Origin: Rhodothermales bacterium
GTDB lineage: Bacteria; Bacteroidota; Rhodothermia; Rhodothermales; VXPQ01
Length of the DNA stretch: 42,676 nt
Assembly: GCA_040904565.1 (NCBI GenBank)
Contig: JBBDTI010000034.1
Location: 1-42,676 of the forward strand
Direction: 5' to 3'
A program made the position numbers and the translations under genes. This document shows positions 8,829 to 17,365 of the stretch, in pieces. The number at the start of each line of letters is the position of its first letter. Position 1 is the first letter of the stretch. The notes beneath the pieces were generated by a model, which was not told the origin of the DNA, ran no database searches, and worked only from the letters and a program-made list of their open reading frames with translations.

Positions 8829-10055
8829 ATGCAACGATCGTCGTCGAACCCCAGATACAACAGGAGCTCGCCGGCACCGGCCGGCGACGAACACGCGCGA
8901 CCCGAACCGGCCCATCCGGCGTCGTCGCGCCCTGCGGCGCCATGGGCGGAGCGGGTCGTCCGGCGGCTGGCCGCGAGCGCCGGCCTCGAAATCGGCGGGC
9001 CGGAGCCGTGGGACCTCCAGGTCCACGACGGGCGCTTCTTCGGGCGCGTCCTCCGCGACGGCTCGCTCGGCCTTGGCGAGAGCTACATGGACGGGTGGTG
9101 GGACGCCGAGCGCCTCGACGAGACCTTCTATCGTCTGGTCGGCTCGGACGCCCGCCGTGCGGTGCGCACGCCTACGGTGCTCTTCTCCTCGCTTGCCGCC
9201 GCCCTGGTCAACAAGGGGCGGCCCTCGCGGGCGTACGATGTCGGGCACCGGCACTATGATCTCGGCAACGACCTATTCGAGGCCATGCTCGACCGCCGCA
9301 TGGTCTACACCTGCGGGTACTGGCACGAGGCCGCCACGCTCGACGCGGCGCAGGAGGCCAAGCTCGACCTCGTCTGCCGCAAGCTCGGCCTGCGCGAGGG
9401 CGACCGCGTGCTCGACGTCGGCTGCGGCTGGGGCAGCTTCCTCGCCTTCGCCTCCGAGCGGTACGGCGCGCACGGCGTCGGCGTCACCGTCTCGGAGGAG
9501 CAGGTCGCCCTCGCCCGCGAGCGGTTGCAGGGCCTTCATGTCGAGGTCCGGCTCGCTGACTACCGCGCCTTCGAGGATCCCGTGCCGTTCGACCACGTCG
9601 TCTCGCTCGGGATGTTCGAGCACGTCGACGTCAAGAACTATCGGATGTTCATGCGCGTTGTGCGTCAGCACCTCAGAGACGACGGCCTCTTCCTGCTCCA
9701 CACCATCGGCAGCAACCGCTCCGTCCGCACCATCGACCCCTGGCTCGAGCGGTACATCTTCCCCAACTCGATGCTTCCCTCCAACCGGCAGATCGGTCGG
9801 GCCATCGAGGGGCTGTTCGTGATGGAGGATTGGCACAACTTCGGTGCTCACTACGACCGGACGCTGATGGCGTGGTATGAGCGGTTCACGCGCGCGTGGC
9901 CGGACCTCCGCGCTCGCTACGACGAGCGCTTTCGGAGGATGTGGACCTACTACCTGCTCCAGTGCGCCGGCCTGTTCCGCGCGCGCGATGCTCAGCTCTG
10001 GCAGATCGTCCTCTCAAAAGACGGCGTGGCAGGCGGATACACGTCCACCCGCTGA
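8829..10055 (+). CDS. cfa: Cyclopropane-fatty-acyl-phospholipid synthase
   Basis: GLGESYMDGWWD, HYDLGNDLF, MVYTCGYW, SAM motif LDVGCGWG, RYIFPNS, ERFRRMWTYYL. Start uncertain (GTG 8766 also possible). Confidence 0.93.
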   Translation: MQRSSSNPRYNRSSPAPAGDEHARPEPAHPASSRPAAPWAERVVRRLAASAGLEIGGPEPWDLQVHDGRFFGRVLRDGSLGLGESYMDGWWDAERLDETFYRLVGSDARRAVRTPTVLFSSLAAALVNKGRPSRAYDVGHRHYDLGNDLFEAMLDRRMVYTCGYWHEAATLDAAQEAKLDLVCRKLGLREGDRVLDVGCGWGSFLAFASERYGAHGVGVTVSEEQVALARERLQGLHVEVRLADYRAFEDPVPFDHVVSLGMFEHVDVKNYRMFMRVVRQHLRDDGLFLLHTIGSNRSVRTIDPWLERYIFPNSMLPSNRQIGRAIEGLFVMEDWHNFGAHYDRTLMAWYERFTRAWPDLRARYDERFRRMWTYYLLQCAGLFRARDAQLWQIVLSKDGVAGGYTSTR

Positions 10056-10262
10056 CCACGGACCGTATCTGAAGCCGCGCATACTGTTGACGTTCTGGAA
10101 GTGCGATCCCGGTTCCATCTGCCGTGTCCATTTCCTGCCGTCAGACCATCTCCACATCGTTTCAAATCTGGTTAGCATCTCGGTCTAACTTGTCGTTGTT
10201 TGCAGATGTCAATGAGGTACTGGAAGAGCCTACTGAACATTCACCCGACCCTACGCACTATA

Positions 10263-10523
10263 ATGGATCTTCTCATCATCGCCACGAAGACGTGCCACCA
10301 CCGTCCAGACATGGAGCGTTGGCTCCAGGAGATGGGCCTCGAATACCACACCGTCTACGTGGAGGACGAACCGCGACAGGCCGAGCATTTCGGCATCCAG
10401 CACTCGCCCAACCTGATCATCGATGACGAACTCATCTTCCGGGGTATGCCTTCTGCCGGAGAGTTCGAAGAACGGCTCCATCAAGAGCAGGCGAAGCGCC
10501 GCCTCGAACCCCGCCGGACCTGA
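10263..10523 (+). CDS. Small thioredoxin/glutaredoxin-fold protein, single Cys (CHHR)
   Basis: Beta strand followed by TCHHRP, cis-Pro loop IQHSPNLIIDDELIFRGMP. Confidence 0.75.
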   Translation: MDLLIIATKTCHHRPDMERWLQEMGLEYHTVYVEDEPRQAEHFGIQHSPNLIIDDELIFRGMPSAGEFEERLHQEQAKRRLEPRRT

Positions 10524-10843
10524 CGCCGCCGGTCCCGTCGGCACGAGACAACCCGTTATCGTCTACTGCCGGGATGGCATGCGCGGCTGAATCCCGTCGG
10601 TTTGCCCACCGCAAGTGGAGCATCCGGCGCTTGACAACATCCCCCTCCCATGCAGCATCCGAAAGCCTCATCGCGGACGTGGGGCTGGACCGGGGTTGTG
10701 CAGCGTGGAAAAGCCATCACATACTTTAGTGGTTCTTACTAAACAGCATCGCCGTACGCTCTTCTTCCTTTCAACCACCCTCCAGACGACAGCGGCTGCG
10801 CCAGATCGCCGGAGCACTCGCCCGTCACGGCCTGGGATGGCTC

Positions 10844-12421
10844 GTGCTGGATCTCGGGCTCGGGCGCCTCGTCCCGTTCCACCACGGCATTCTTCGCCAC
10901 TCAGCCCGAAAGGATCCATATACCGGACCGGAACACCTTCGGCTCGCGCTGGAGGATATCGGCGTCACGGCCGTCAAGCTCGGTCAGATTCTGAGCACGC
11001 GCCCGGACCTGGTTCCGCCGGCGATAGCCGAAGAGCTGGCCGGGCTTCAGGACGACGCGCCGGCCATGCCTTTCGAGGAGGTCCGCCGGGTGGTGGAATC
11101 GGAGCTGATGCGCCCGCTAGAGGAGCTCTACACTCATTTCGAACGCGTGCCCCTTGCCGCGGCTTCGATCGGTCAGGTGCACGCAGCGAGACTTTCGGAC
11201 GGCACGGAGGTGGTGGTCAAAGTCCAGCGGCCCGGCGTAGAGGCCCAGGCCGAAGCCGATCTGGCTCTGCTCGACGAACTCGCCCGCGCCACAGCGACGC
11301 GCACGAAGTGGGGTCGTGAATACGACGTCCAGGGATGGGTGCGCGAGTTCACTTTCATCCTGCGCACCGAGCTTGACTACACGGCGGAGGCCAGACACGC
11401 GGAGCAGATTCGGCGCGACTTTGCCGAAGAGCCCGCCCTTTACGTTCCTATCGTCTTCTCGGAGCGCTCAGGCCGGCGGGTACTTACTCTGGAACGGCTC
11501 GACGGCATCAAGGTGGACGACGCCGCCGCGCTCGCGGCCGCCGACGTCGACCGCCGGGAACTGGCTCGGTCGTGCACACGGATCCTGCTCAGGATGATTC
11601 TCCGCAATGGCTTCTACCACGCCGATCCGCATCCCGGCAACGTCCTCGTCCTTCCCGGCGGCCGCATCGGTCTGCTGGACTTCGGAATGGTCGGTACGCT
11701 CGATGTAGGGACGCGTGAAGCACTGCTTCGCATCATTCTTGCCCTCGCCGCAGCCGATACGAACCGCCTCGTTGACGAGCTGACGGCTCTGGGCGTGGCC
11801 GGCCAGGCTGTTGCGCGCGGTCCGCTCAAGCAGGATCTCGAGCAGCTTCGCCGCCGGTACGTCGGGCGTCCGCTCAAGGACATCGCTGCATCGGCGGCTT
11901 TCCGCGACATTATGGATGTCGCCCGGCGCCATCGGCTTCGACTGCCGGCCGAGCTCGTTCAACTGGCCAAAGTGACGGCCATGGCTGAGGGTACGGCCCT
12001 CAGGCTCGATCCCGAGTTCGAGATCCTGTCGTATTCGCTTCCCTACGTTCGCCGGTTCTGGCTTCGCGCGCTCTCCCCCCGCGCCCGCGCACGCCGGCTG
12101 GGCGGATCGCTGTTGGACCTCGCAGGGCTGGGCGAGTCGCTGCCCCACCAGTTGCGTCGATTGAGCAACCAGCTCGATTCAGGCAACCTTCCTCTTTCTA
12201 TCTCCGCCGATCCGTCACCTGAGACGCTGCGCCGCATTGAACGCGCCGGAAACAGGGTGGCATTCAGCGTACTCACGGCGGCCGTCATGGTGGGCGCAAG
12301 CCTCCTCTCTCTCGCCTACCATCCCTTCGGCGGTCACGCAGTTTTCGTGGCCGTGGCAGCGCTTGCCGTCCTTCTCGCAATCGGTCTCGGACTGGCACTC
12401 TGGCGTCGCGGGCGACTCTGA
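10844..12421 (+). CDS. AarF/ABC1/UbiB family atypical kinase
   Basis: VKLGQILSTRPDL, AAASIGQVH, VVKVQRP, ELDY, FYHADPHPGN, LLDFGMVG, two C-terminal TM helices. The conserved-looking N-terminus extends upstream of this GTG. Confidence 0.92.
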   Translation: MLDLGLGRLVPFHHGILRHSARKDPYTGPEHLRLALEDIGVTAVKLGQILSTRPDLVPPAIAEELAGLQDDAPAMPFEEVRRVVESELMRPLEELYTHFERVPLAAASIGQVHAARLSDGTEVVVKVQRPGVEAQAEADLALLDELARATATRTKWGREYDVQGWVREFTFILRTELDYTAEARHAEQIRRDFAEEPALYVPIVFSERSGRRVLTLERLDGIKVDDAAALAAADVDRRELARSCTRILLRMILRNGFYHADPHPGNVLVLPGGRIGLLDFGMVGTLDVGTREALLRIILALAAADTNRLVDELTALGVAGQAVARGPLKQDLEQLRRRYVGRPLKDIAASAAFRDIMDVARRHRLRLPAELVQLAKVTAMAEGTALRLDPEFEILSYSLPYVRRFWLRALSPRARARRLGGSLLDLAGLGESLPHQLRRLSNQLDSGNLPLSISADPSPETLRRIERAGNRVAFSVLTAAVMVGASLLSLAYHPFGGHAVFVAVAALAVLLAIGLGLALWRRGRL

Positions 12422-12553
12422 CAGTCCAGGTTTGCAGCACCACAGGTTGCACGGCATTTTGGGCCGTCTACTCCGCGGTCCGTTGAAGGCACTCTAGACT
12501 CGCCGCGCCGATCGGTACCGACAAGCGACACCAGGAAACCTGACCTGTCGTCC

Positions 12554-12596
12554 TTTAAACAAATTAAGGCTGCGTTAAGGTCGGGCGGTCTAGATT
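12554..12596 (+). promoter_or_regulatory. Repeated promoter element, copy 2 (shortened; upstream of cupredoxin/YceI pseudogenes)
   Basis: TTTAA-acaaa-TTAAG-gctgcg-TTAAG-N11-TAGATT. Confidence 0.7.
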
Positions 12597-12642
12597 TCGA
12601 AACGAAGGATCCGTCAACTTCATCAGCCGAGAATCCCGCATC

Positions 12643-13030
12643 ATGCCGGATTTCGTGTTTCTAGCCGCCTTCCCGACAGCCTTTGTCGCAATCACAGTGT
12701 TACTGTAGTACGTCTCCCGTCGCGATCGACGCGTTGCACCGGAGCCCGATCTCGACGGCGTTCGGGAAGCAATCGTTCATATCGGATTGGAAGGCTTTGC
12801 GCCGGACTTGATCATCGTACCCCAAGGCGAACCGGTACGCATCGTCTTTCAGCGGGACTCGGAAGCCCCCACGTGCACACGACGTGTGCGTCTGACCGAC
12901 TTCGGGAAGGCGGCGTTCATGCTAGAGGACGACGTCAGTGAAGTCGAGTTCGTGCCCGAACGTCCGGGGCGCTATCTGTTCAGCTGCATCAGGCACCGGC
13001 ACCGAGGGCAGATTCTGGTGAGGCCGCGGC
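12643..13030 (+). pseudogene. Membrane-anchored cupredoxin-domain (CupA-like) pseudogene
   Basis: ATG 12643, TM helix, in-frame TAG at 12706 (LL*YV), then GFAPDLIIVPQGEPVRIVFQR...EFVPERPGRYLFSC, similar to 24010-24384. End approximate. Confidence 0.75.
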
Positions 13031-13061
13031 GCAATTCATCCATAGGCGTTCCGTTACGGGA

Positions 13062-13714
13062 GTGCAAATCCGACGAAGCCATCTTCGTTTTGCTTGCCGC
13101 GTTCCTCCTGGCGGGTGCGGGCGGGATCACCGACGCACGTCCCCGGCACTGCTTCATCCTACAGAGCGAGAGCAGCATCCGCATTGAGGGCAGCACAAGT
13201 GTAGCGTCGTTCACGTGCGAGGCCGGTCAGACCACGGGATACCTGATTCACGATGGAGGAGCACAAACGGCACACACCGACGCGAGAGCCGCGCCGGAGG
13301 CTTTCTTGACTGTACCGGTAACGAACGTCCTTCACCTGTGGAGATCGACGCATGGACCGTGACCTGAACCGAGCGCTTAGAGCGAGCGAATTTCCGGAGA
13401 TTGCCTATGAGCTGCTCGACGTGGAGGTGCTCAATGGTCCACCGGATGCCCGCGAAACGCACGAGTTACTTGCCAGGGGAAACCTGACTGTTGGCGGCGT
13501 TACCCGGCGCATCGAAACCCGCGTGAGTGGAAAGCGCCTACCGGATGGACGTCTGCGTGCAGTCGGCGTCCAGGAGTTCATGATGAGCGACTTCGACATC
13601 GAGCGGCCGACGGCGCTATGGGGCCTCATCAAAGCCCGCGACGATCTCGCGATCCGGTTCGATATCATTGCCGGAGCATTACCGGAGTTGGCAACCGGGA
13701 TGTTCGATAACTGA
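13062..13714 (+). pseudogene. YceI family (polyisoprenoid-binding) protein, frameshifted
   Basis: Signal peptide, ESSIRIEGSTSVASFTC. A 4-bp tandem duplication AACG/AACG at 13320-13327 shifts the frame before SFTCGDRRMDRDL...GNLTVGGVTR...MSDFDIERP. Start approximate. Confidence 0.75.
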
Positions 13715-13765
13715 AGAGGCCACCTAGCGGAATTCCGGCGCTATCGTGCGCTCATCAGCTATTCG

Positions 13766-13820
13766 GTTAACGAGATTTAAGCTTGATGTAAGGCTGTCTT
13801 AAGGTTCGGTCCTCGATATT
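13766..13820 (+). promoter_or_regulatory. Repeated promoter element, copy 3 (upstream of type II GAPDH operon)
   Basis: GTTAA-cgagat-TTAAG-cttgat-GTAAG-gctgtc-TTAAG-N11-GATATT. Confidence 0.8.
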
Positions 13821-13861
13821 CATACGCGAGGAATGTTACGAGATGCATAAATGAGATCACT

Positions 13862-14944
13862 ATGAAGAACGAACAGAAGATCCGTGTGGCGGTCAACGGC
13901 TACGGCGTCATCGGAAAACGAGTGGCCGACGCCGTCGCCGTACAGGAGGACATGACCCTCGCCGGTGTCGCTGACGTCGTAACGGACTGGCGCGCACGGG
14001 TCGTCCGATCTAAGAACTATCGCCTCTTCGGTGCAACTGTGGAGCGGACAGATGCCATGGAAGTGTCCGGTCTCGACCCGGCCGGCACGCTCGACGACCT
14101 CCTGGATGGCGCCGACATCGTCGTGGACTGCACTCCGAAGAAGGTGGCCGCCGGGAACGTCGCGCGTTATCGCGAGCGTGGCATAAAGTTCATCGTGCAG
14201 GGCGGCGAGAAACATGCCGTGACGGGCCACTCCTTTACTGCCGAGAACAATTACGACACGGCGCTGGGCCGCGACGCCACGCGCGTGGTCTCCTGTAACA
14301 CGACGTCGACGGTTCGGACACTCTCTGCCCTAAAGCGAGCCGGGCTCCTTCGACGCGCACGCGGCACCCTGCTCCGACGTGCTACCGATCCGTGGGAAAG
14401 CCACCTTGGCGGCATTATGAATACACTCGTACCGGAGGCCGAGATTCCCAGCCACCAGGGGCCCGACGCCCAGACGGTCGATCCCGATCTCGACGTAGTA
14501 ACGATGGCGGTGAAGGTCCCCGAGACGCTCGCGCACCTACACTACTGGAGCGTGCAACTCACCCGGGCGGCCGAGAAACAGGAGGTCCTCGAGGCCCTCC
14601 GCGGCTCTTCTCGCATCGCATTCATCCGCATGGACGACGGTCTCACCGCCCTCAACACCGTCAAAGAGCTGATGGCCGACCTTGGACGTCCGCACGATAA
14701 TCTCTACGAGGTTGCGCTCTGGGAGGACATGCTGGCTGTGCAGGGCGACGAAGCGTTCTATGCCTACATGGTGGATAATCAGGCCATCGTCATCCCGGAG
14801 ACCATTGACGCCATCCGCGCACTGACGGAGCGAGAGCCTGATGGTGAAGCCTCCATCCGCAGGACGAATGCGGCACTCGGCATCACCGGCCGGCTCGTCG
14901 GGGCCGACATGGCGACCGCTTCCAATTCGCGATCAGGCCACTGA
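13862..14944 (+). CDS. gap: Type II (archaeal-type) glyceraldehyde-3-phosphate dehydrogenase
   Basis: VAVNGYGVIGKRVADAV, VDCTP, QGGEKH, catalytic RVVSCNTT, RRATDP, SHQGPD, AIVIPETIDAIRA. Confidence 0.92.
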   Translation: MKNEQKIRVAVNGYGVIGKRVADAVAVQEDMTLAGVADVVTDWRARVVRSKNYRLFGATVERTDAMEVSGLDPAGTLDDLLDGADIVVDCTPKKVAAGNVARYRERGIKFIVQGGEKHAVTGHSFTAENNYDTALGRDATRVVSCNTTSTVRTLSALKRAGLLRRARGTLLRRATDPWESHLGGIMNTLVPEAEIPSHQGPDAQTVDPDLDVVTMAVKVPETLAHLHYWSVQLTRAAEKQEVLEALRGSSRIAFIRMDDGLTALNTVKELMADLGRPHDNLYEVALWEDMLAVQGDEAFYAYMVDNQAIVIPETIDAIRALTEREPDGEASIRRTNAALGITGRLVGADMATASNSRSGH

Positions 14945-15013
14945 ATACGTTAAGGAGACGCGGGCCTGCCCGTCCGTCCGAAGCCCATTCGACCAACATC
15001 AGGAGCGTTCAAC

Positions 15014-15691
15014 ATGAATGAGACCATAGCACACTCGGGCGCGTGGGGTATGGCGGCCATCGTGATCGTAATTGTTTCGTGGGTGCTCTACAAGTACCTG
15101 GCTCCGAAGTCGTGGCGGGAGTGGGCAGGGGCGGGCCTGGTGCAGGCCTTCGTCATCGCGCTCTACGCCGAGATGTACGGCTTTCCGCTCACGATCTACT
15201 TACTCGCACGCGTCTTCAAGCTGGACGGCGGCGGTCTCAATGCCAACCTCTGGTCCACGCTGCTCGGGCAAGGCGAGACGGGCATGGTCATATCCATGCT
15301 GCTAGGATACGGTCTGCTGTTTGTCGGCATAGGTCTCTTTTTCCAGGGCTGGAGGGAGTTGCACCGCGCGCGTCAGGAGAAGAGACTCGCGACGGGAGGG
15401 CTGTACGGCCTGGTCAGGCATCCGCAATACACGGGGCTTTTCATCGCCATTTTTGGTGAGGGGATCGTGCACTGGCCGACCATTTTCTCGGTCGTCGCGT
15501 TCCCCGCCATTGTCCTCACCTACGTCCTGCTTGCACGGAGGGAAGAGAGACAGGTGGCCGAAGAATTCGGCGAGGAATACCGGGTCTATCAGAAGCAGGT
15601 CCCCATGTTTATTCCGCGCCGTGGTCAGTGGATGCAGCTCCTCAAACCCTCTGACGTAGCTGCCGACGACGGAAAACAGGCCGTCCCATAG
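15014..15691 (+). CDS. Isoprenylcysteine carboxyl methyltransferase (ICMT/PEMT) family membrane protein
   Basis: AGGAG RBS, TM helices, GLYGLVRHPQYTG, EE...FGEEYRVYQKQVPMFIP. Confidence 0.88.
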   Translation: MNETIAHSGAWGMAAIVIVIVSWVLYKYLAPKSWREWAGAGLVQAFVIALYAEMYGFPLTIYLLARVFKLDGGGLNANLWSTLLGQGETGMVISMLLGYGLLFVGIGLFFQGWRELHRARQEKRLATGGLYGLVRHPQYTGLFIAIFGEGIVHWPTIFSVVAFPAIVLTYVLLARREERQVAEEFGEEYRVYQKQVPMFIPRRGQWMQLLKPSDVAADDGKQAVP

Positions 15692-15721
15692 GTCCGGCGG
15701 CCGTGCCAGCGTCAAGCCATC

Positions 15722-16429
15722 ATGCAATATCCCTACTTCCTCTGGAGTCTGCTTCTGGTCATTCCGTGGCTTGCCGTGTATGTTCGACTTCCGGATCGGC
15801 AAAGTCGTAAACACTTGCTAACCGTGAGCCTCCTCACGGCGCCCCTCGTAACCGAACCGATCTTCGTGCCGGAGTACTGGCTGCCGCCAACCCTCTTCGA
15901 CCTGGCCGCGCGCACCGGCTTCGACACCGAAAGCTTAATCTTCTCCTTCGCCGTCGGTGGGCTCGCCTCCGTCGGATACGACGTGTTCCTTGTTCGGCAC
16001 CGGGTATCCATCCCCGTAGAAGGAAGACGGACGCGACGACATCGTTATCACCTGCCAGTCCTGCTCTCGGCGCCCGTTCTTTTCGGCATCCTGTATCTCG
16101 CTACGAGCTGGAACCCCATCTATTCGGCCTCTCTCGCCCTGCTGGTGGCGGGAATGCTTACGTGGTACTGTCGCCCTGACCTAGTGCGGTCGATGTTCGC
16201 TACGGGGATACTGTTCGCTTTGTTCTACTTCGTCTTCTTCTTAACCCTCGCTCGTTTTCACCCGCTGTATGTTGAGCAGGTGTGGAATCTCGGCGCGATA
16301 TCAGGTGCACTCGTGGCGGGGGTACCCCTGGAAGAACTTCTGTTCGCTTTCTCGTTCGGGTTCCTCTGGTCCAGCGCCTACGAGCACGCCACGTGGCGGT
16401 CCTACGAGTCGCGAGAGGTGCGGGCATGA
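15722..16429 (+). CDS. Lycopene-cyclase-domain membrane protein
   Basis: Multi-TM protein with a twofold internal repeat ending GFDTESLIFSF and GVPLEELLFAF. Confidence 0.7.
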   Translation: MQYPYFLWSLLLVIPWLAVYVRLPDRQSRKHLLTVSLLTAPLVTEPIFVPEYWLPPTLFDLAARTGFDTESLIFSFAVGGLASVGYDVFLVRHRVSIPVEGRRTRRHRYHLPVLLSAPVLFGILYLATSWNPIYSASLALLVAGMLTWYCRPDLVRSMFATGILFALFYFVFFLTLARFHPLYVEQVWNLGAISGALVAGVPLEELLFAFSFGFLWSSAYEHATWRSYESREVRA

Positions 16430-16488
16430 TTTCGGATCTCCGCTGCCTCACTCGTCCCCCGGGATCAATTGGAGGAAATCGCGCGCGT

Positions 16489-16543
16489 CTTAAGGATTGT
16501 TAAGCCGCCGTTCAGGTTGCCTTAAGACGGCGACTCTTACGAT
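16489..16543 (+). promoter_or_regulatory. Repeated promoter element, copy 4 (upstream of SPW protein)
   Basis: CTTAA-ggattg-TTAAG-ccgccg-TTCAG-gttgcc-TTAAG-N11-TACGAT. Confidence 0.85.
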
Positions 16544-16590
16544 GGCGTCGAATCGGTATCATAACCGAGTAATCTCGTGGAGGCACTGTC

Positions 16591-16911
16591 ATGAAAGGAT
16601 ATGGACGCTTGTCGGTCATTCTTGGATTGTGGGTCCTCGTGACTGCGTTTATCGGATTCAGCCATATGATCGTCTTATTCAGTAATCTGATCGCAGGAGG
16701 GATTATTGCTGTCACCAGTTTGAGTACGGCCAGGATCGGATTCTGGCAGCAGTGGGTGACCGGAACCCTCGGAATCTGGCTCGTAGTGGCAGCATTCGTT
16801 TACGACCTGCACAGCGGCGCCGGGCTTCTGTGGAATAACATGCTCGTCGGACTTGCGATCGCAACGGTTGGTCTGGCTGGAGTCTCCGGATCCGCACCCG
16901 GCGGACGGTAA
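16591..16911 (+). CDS. SPW-repeat-like four-TM membrane protein
   Basis: GGAGG RBS; two repeats LGLWVLVTAF...SNLIAG and LGIWLVVAAF...WNNMLVG. Confidence 0.75.
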   Translation: MKGYGRLSVILGLWVLVTAFIGFSHMIVLFSNLIAGGIIAVTSLSTARIGFWQQWVTGTLGIWLVVAAFVYDLHSGAGLLWNNMLVGLAIATVGLAGVSGSAPGGR

Positions 16912-16935
16912 ATTAGAATGACGAGACAGCGAGCC

Positions 16936-17109
16936 ATGGATCCCAACCTAAAACGCTTTTCCTTCTGGTACTTTTTGCTGGCCTTCATGGGTATCCTGGC
17001 GATCCAATCGCTTCTCTTCAAGCCCCATCAGGAAACCCTCTCCTACTCGACGACAACGGCAACAGTCCTGTACGGTGGTGAAACGCTCTATTTCTGCTAC
17101 CGCATCTAG
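16936..17109 (+). pseudogene. FtsH N-terminal remnant joined to a YHS-domain remnant
   Basis: RFSFWYFLLAFMGILAIQSLLFKPHQETLSYS resembles FtsH TM1 and the start of its periplasmic domain; TATVLYGGETLYFC resembles a YHS core. Confidence 0.6.
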
Positions 17110-17365
17110 TTTACGCGCCGTCTCGAGCTTTACCGTTCCGTCGGGGCGATTGAATGAAGTAAACGCACGCGGCTTGGGTCGATGCTCGAAAGTGCGTGGT
17201 ACCGGCTTCGGCGTTGCGAGCCGGAAGCGAACTCGAGCCGCACTTAGGCCGCACGGCTCAACCAAGGGGGCAAGAAATGCTTTCCGGTCCGCGGCGTGCC
17301 CTTCTTTGCGGGTTGTGGCCTCGGGATGTACAGAGCCAAAAAGCGCCACTCAGAGCACGTTGACG

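Noticed and set aside
8644-14955. Isolated TTAAGG at 8644 and 14950 as additional promoter copies
   Set aside because: Single boxes with no partner at 11-bp spacing.
2223-17365. Long N-terminal extensions of ORFs starting at 2223, 3286, 5291, 6306 and 17075
   Set aside because: They overlap upstream genes or precede clear signal peptides/RBS; typical open-frame artefacts of GC-rich DNA.
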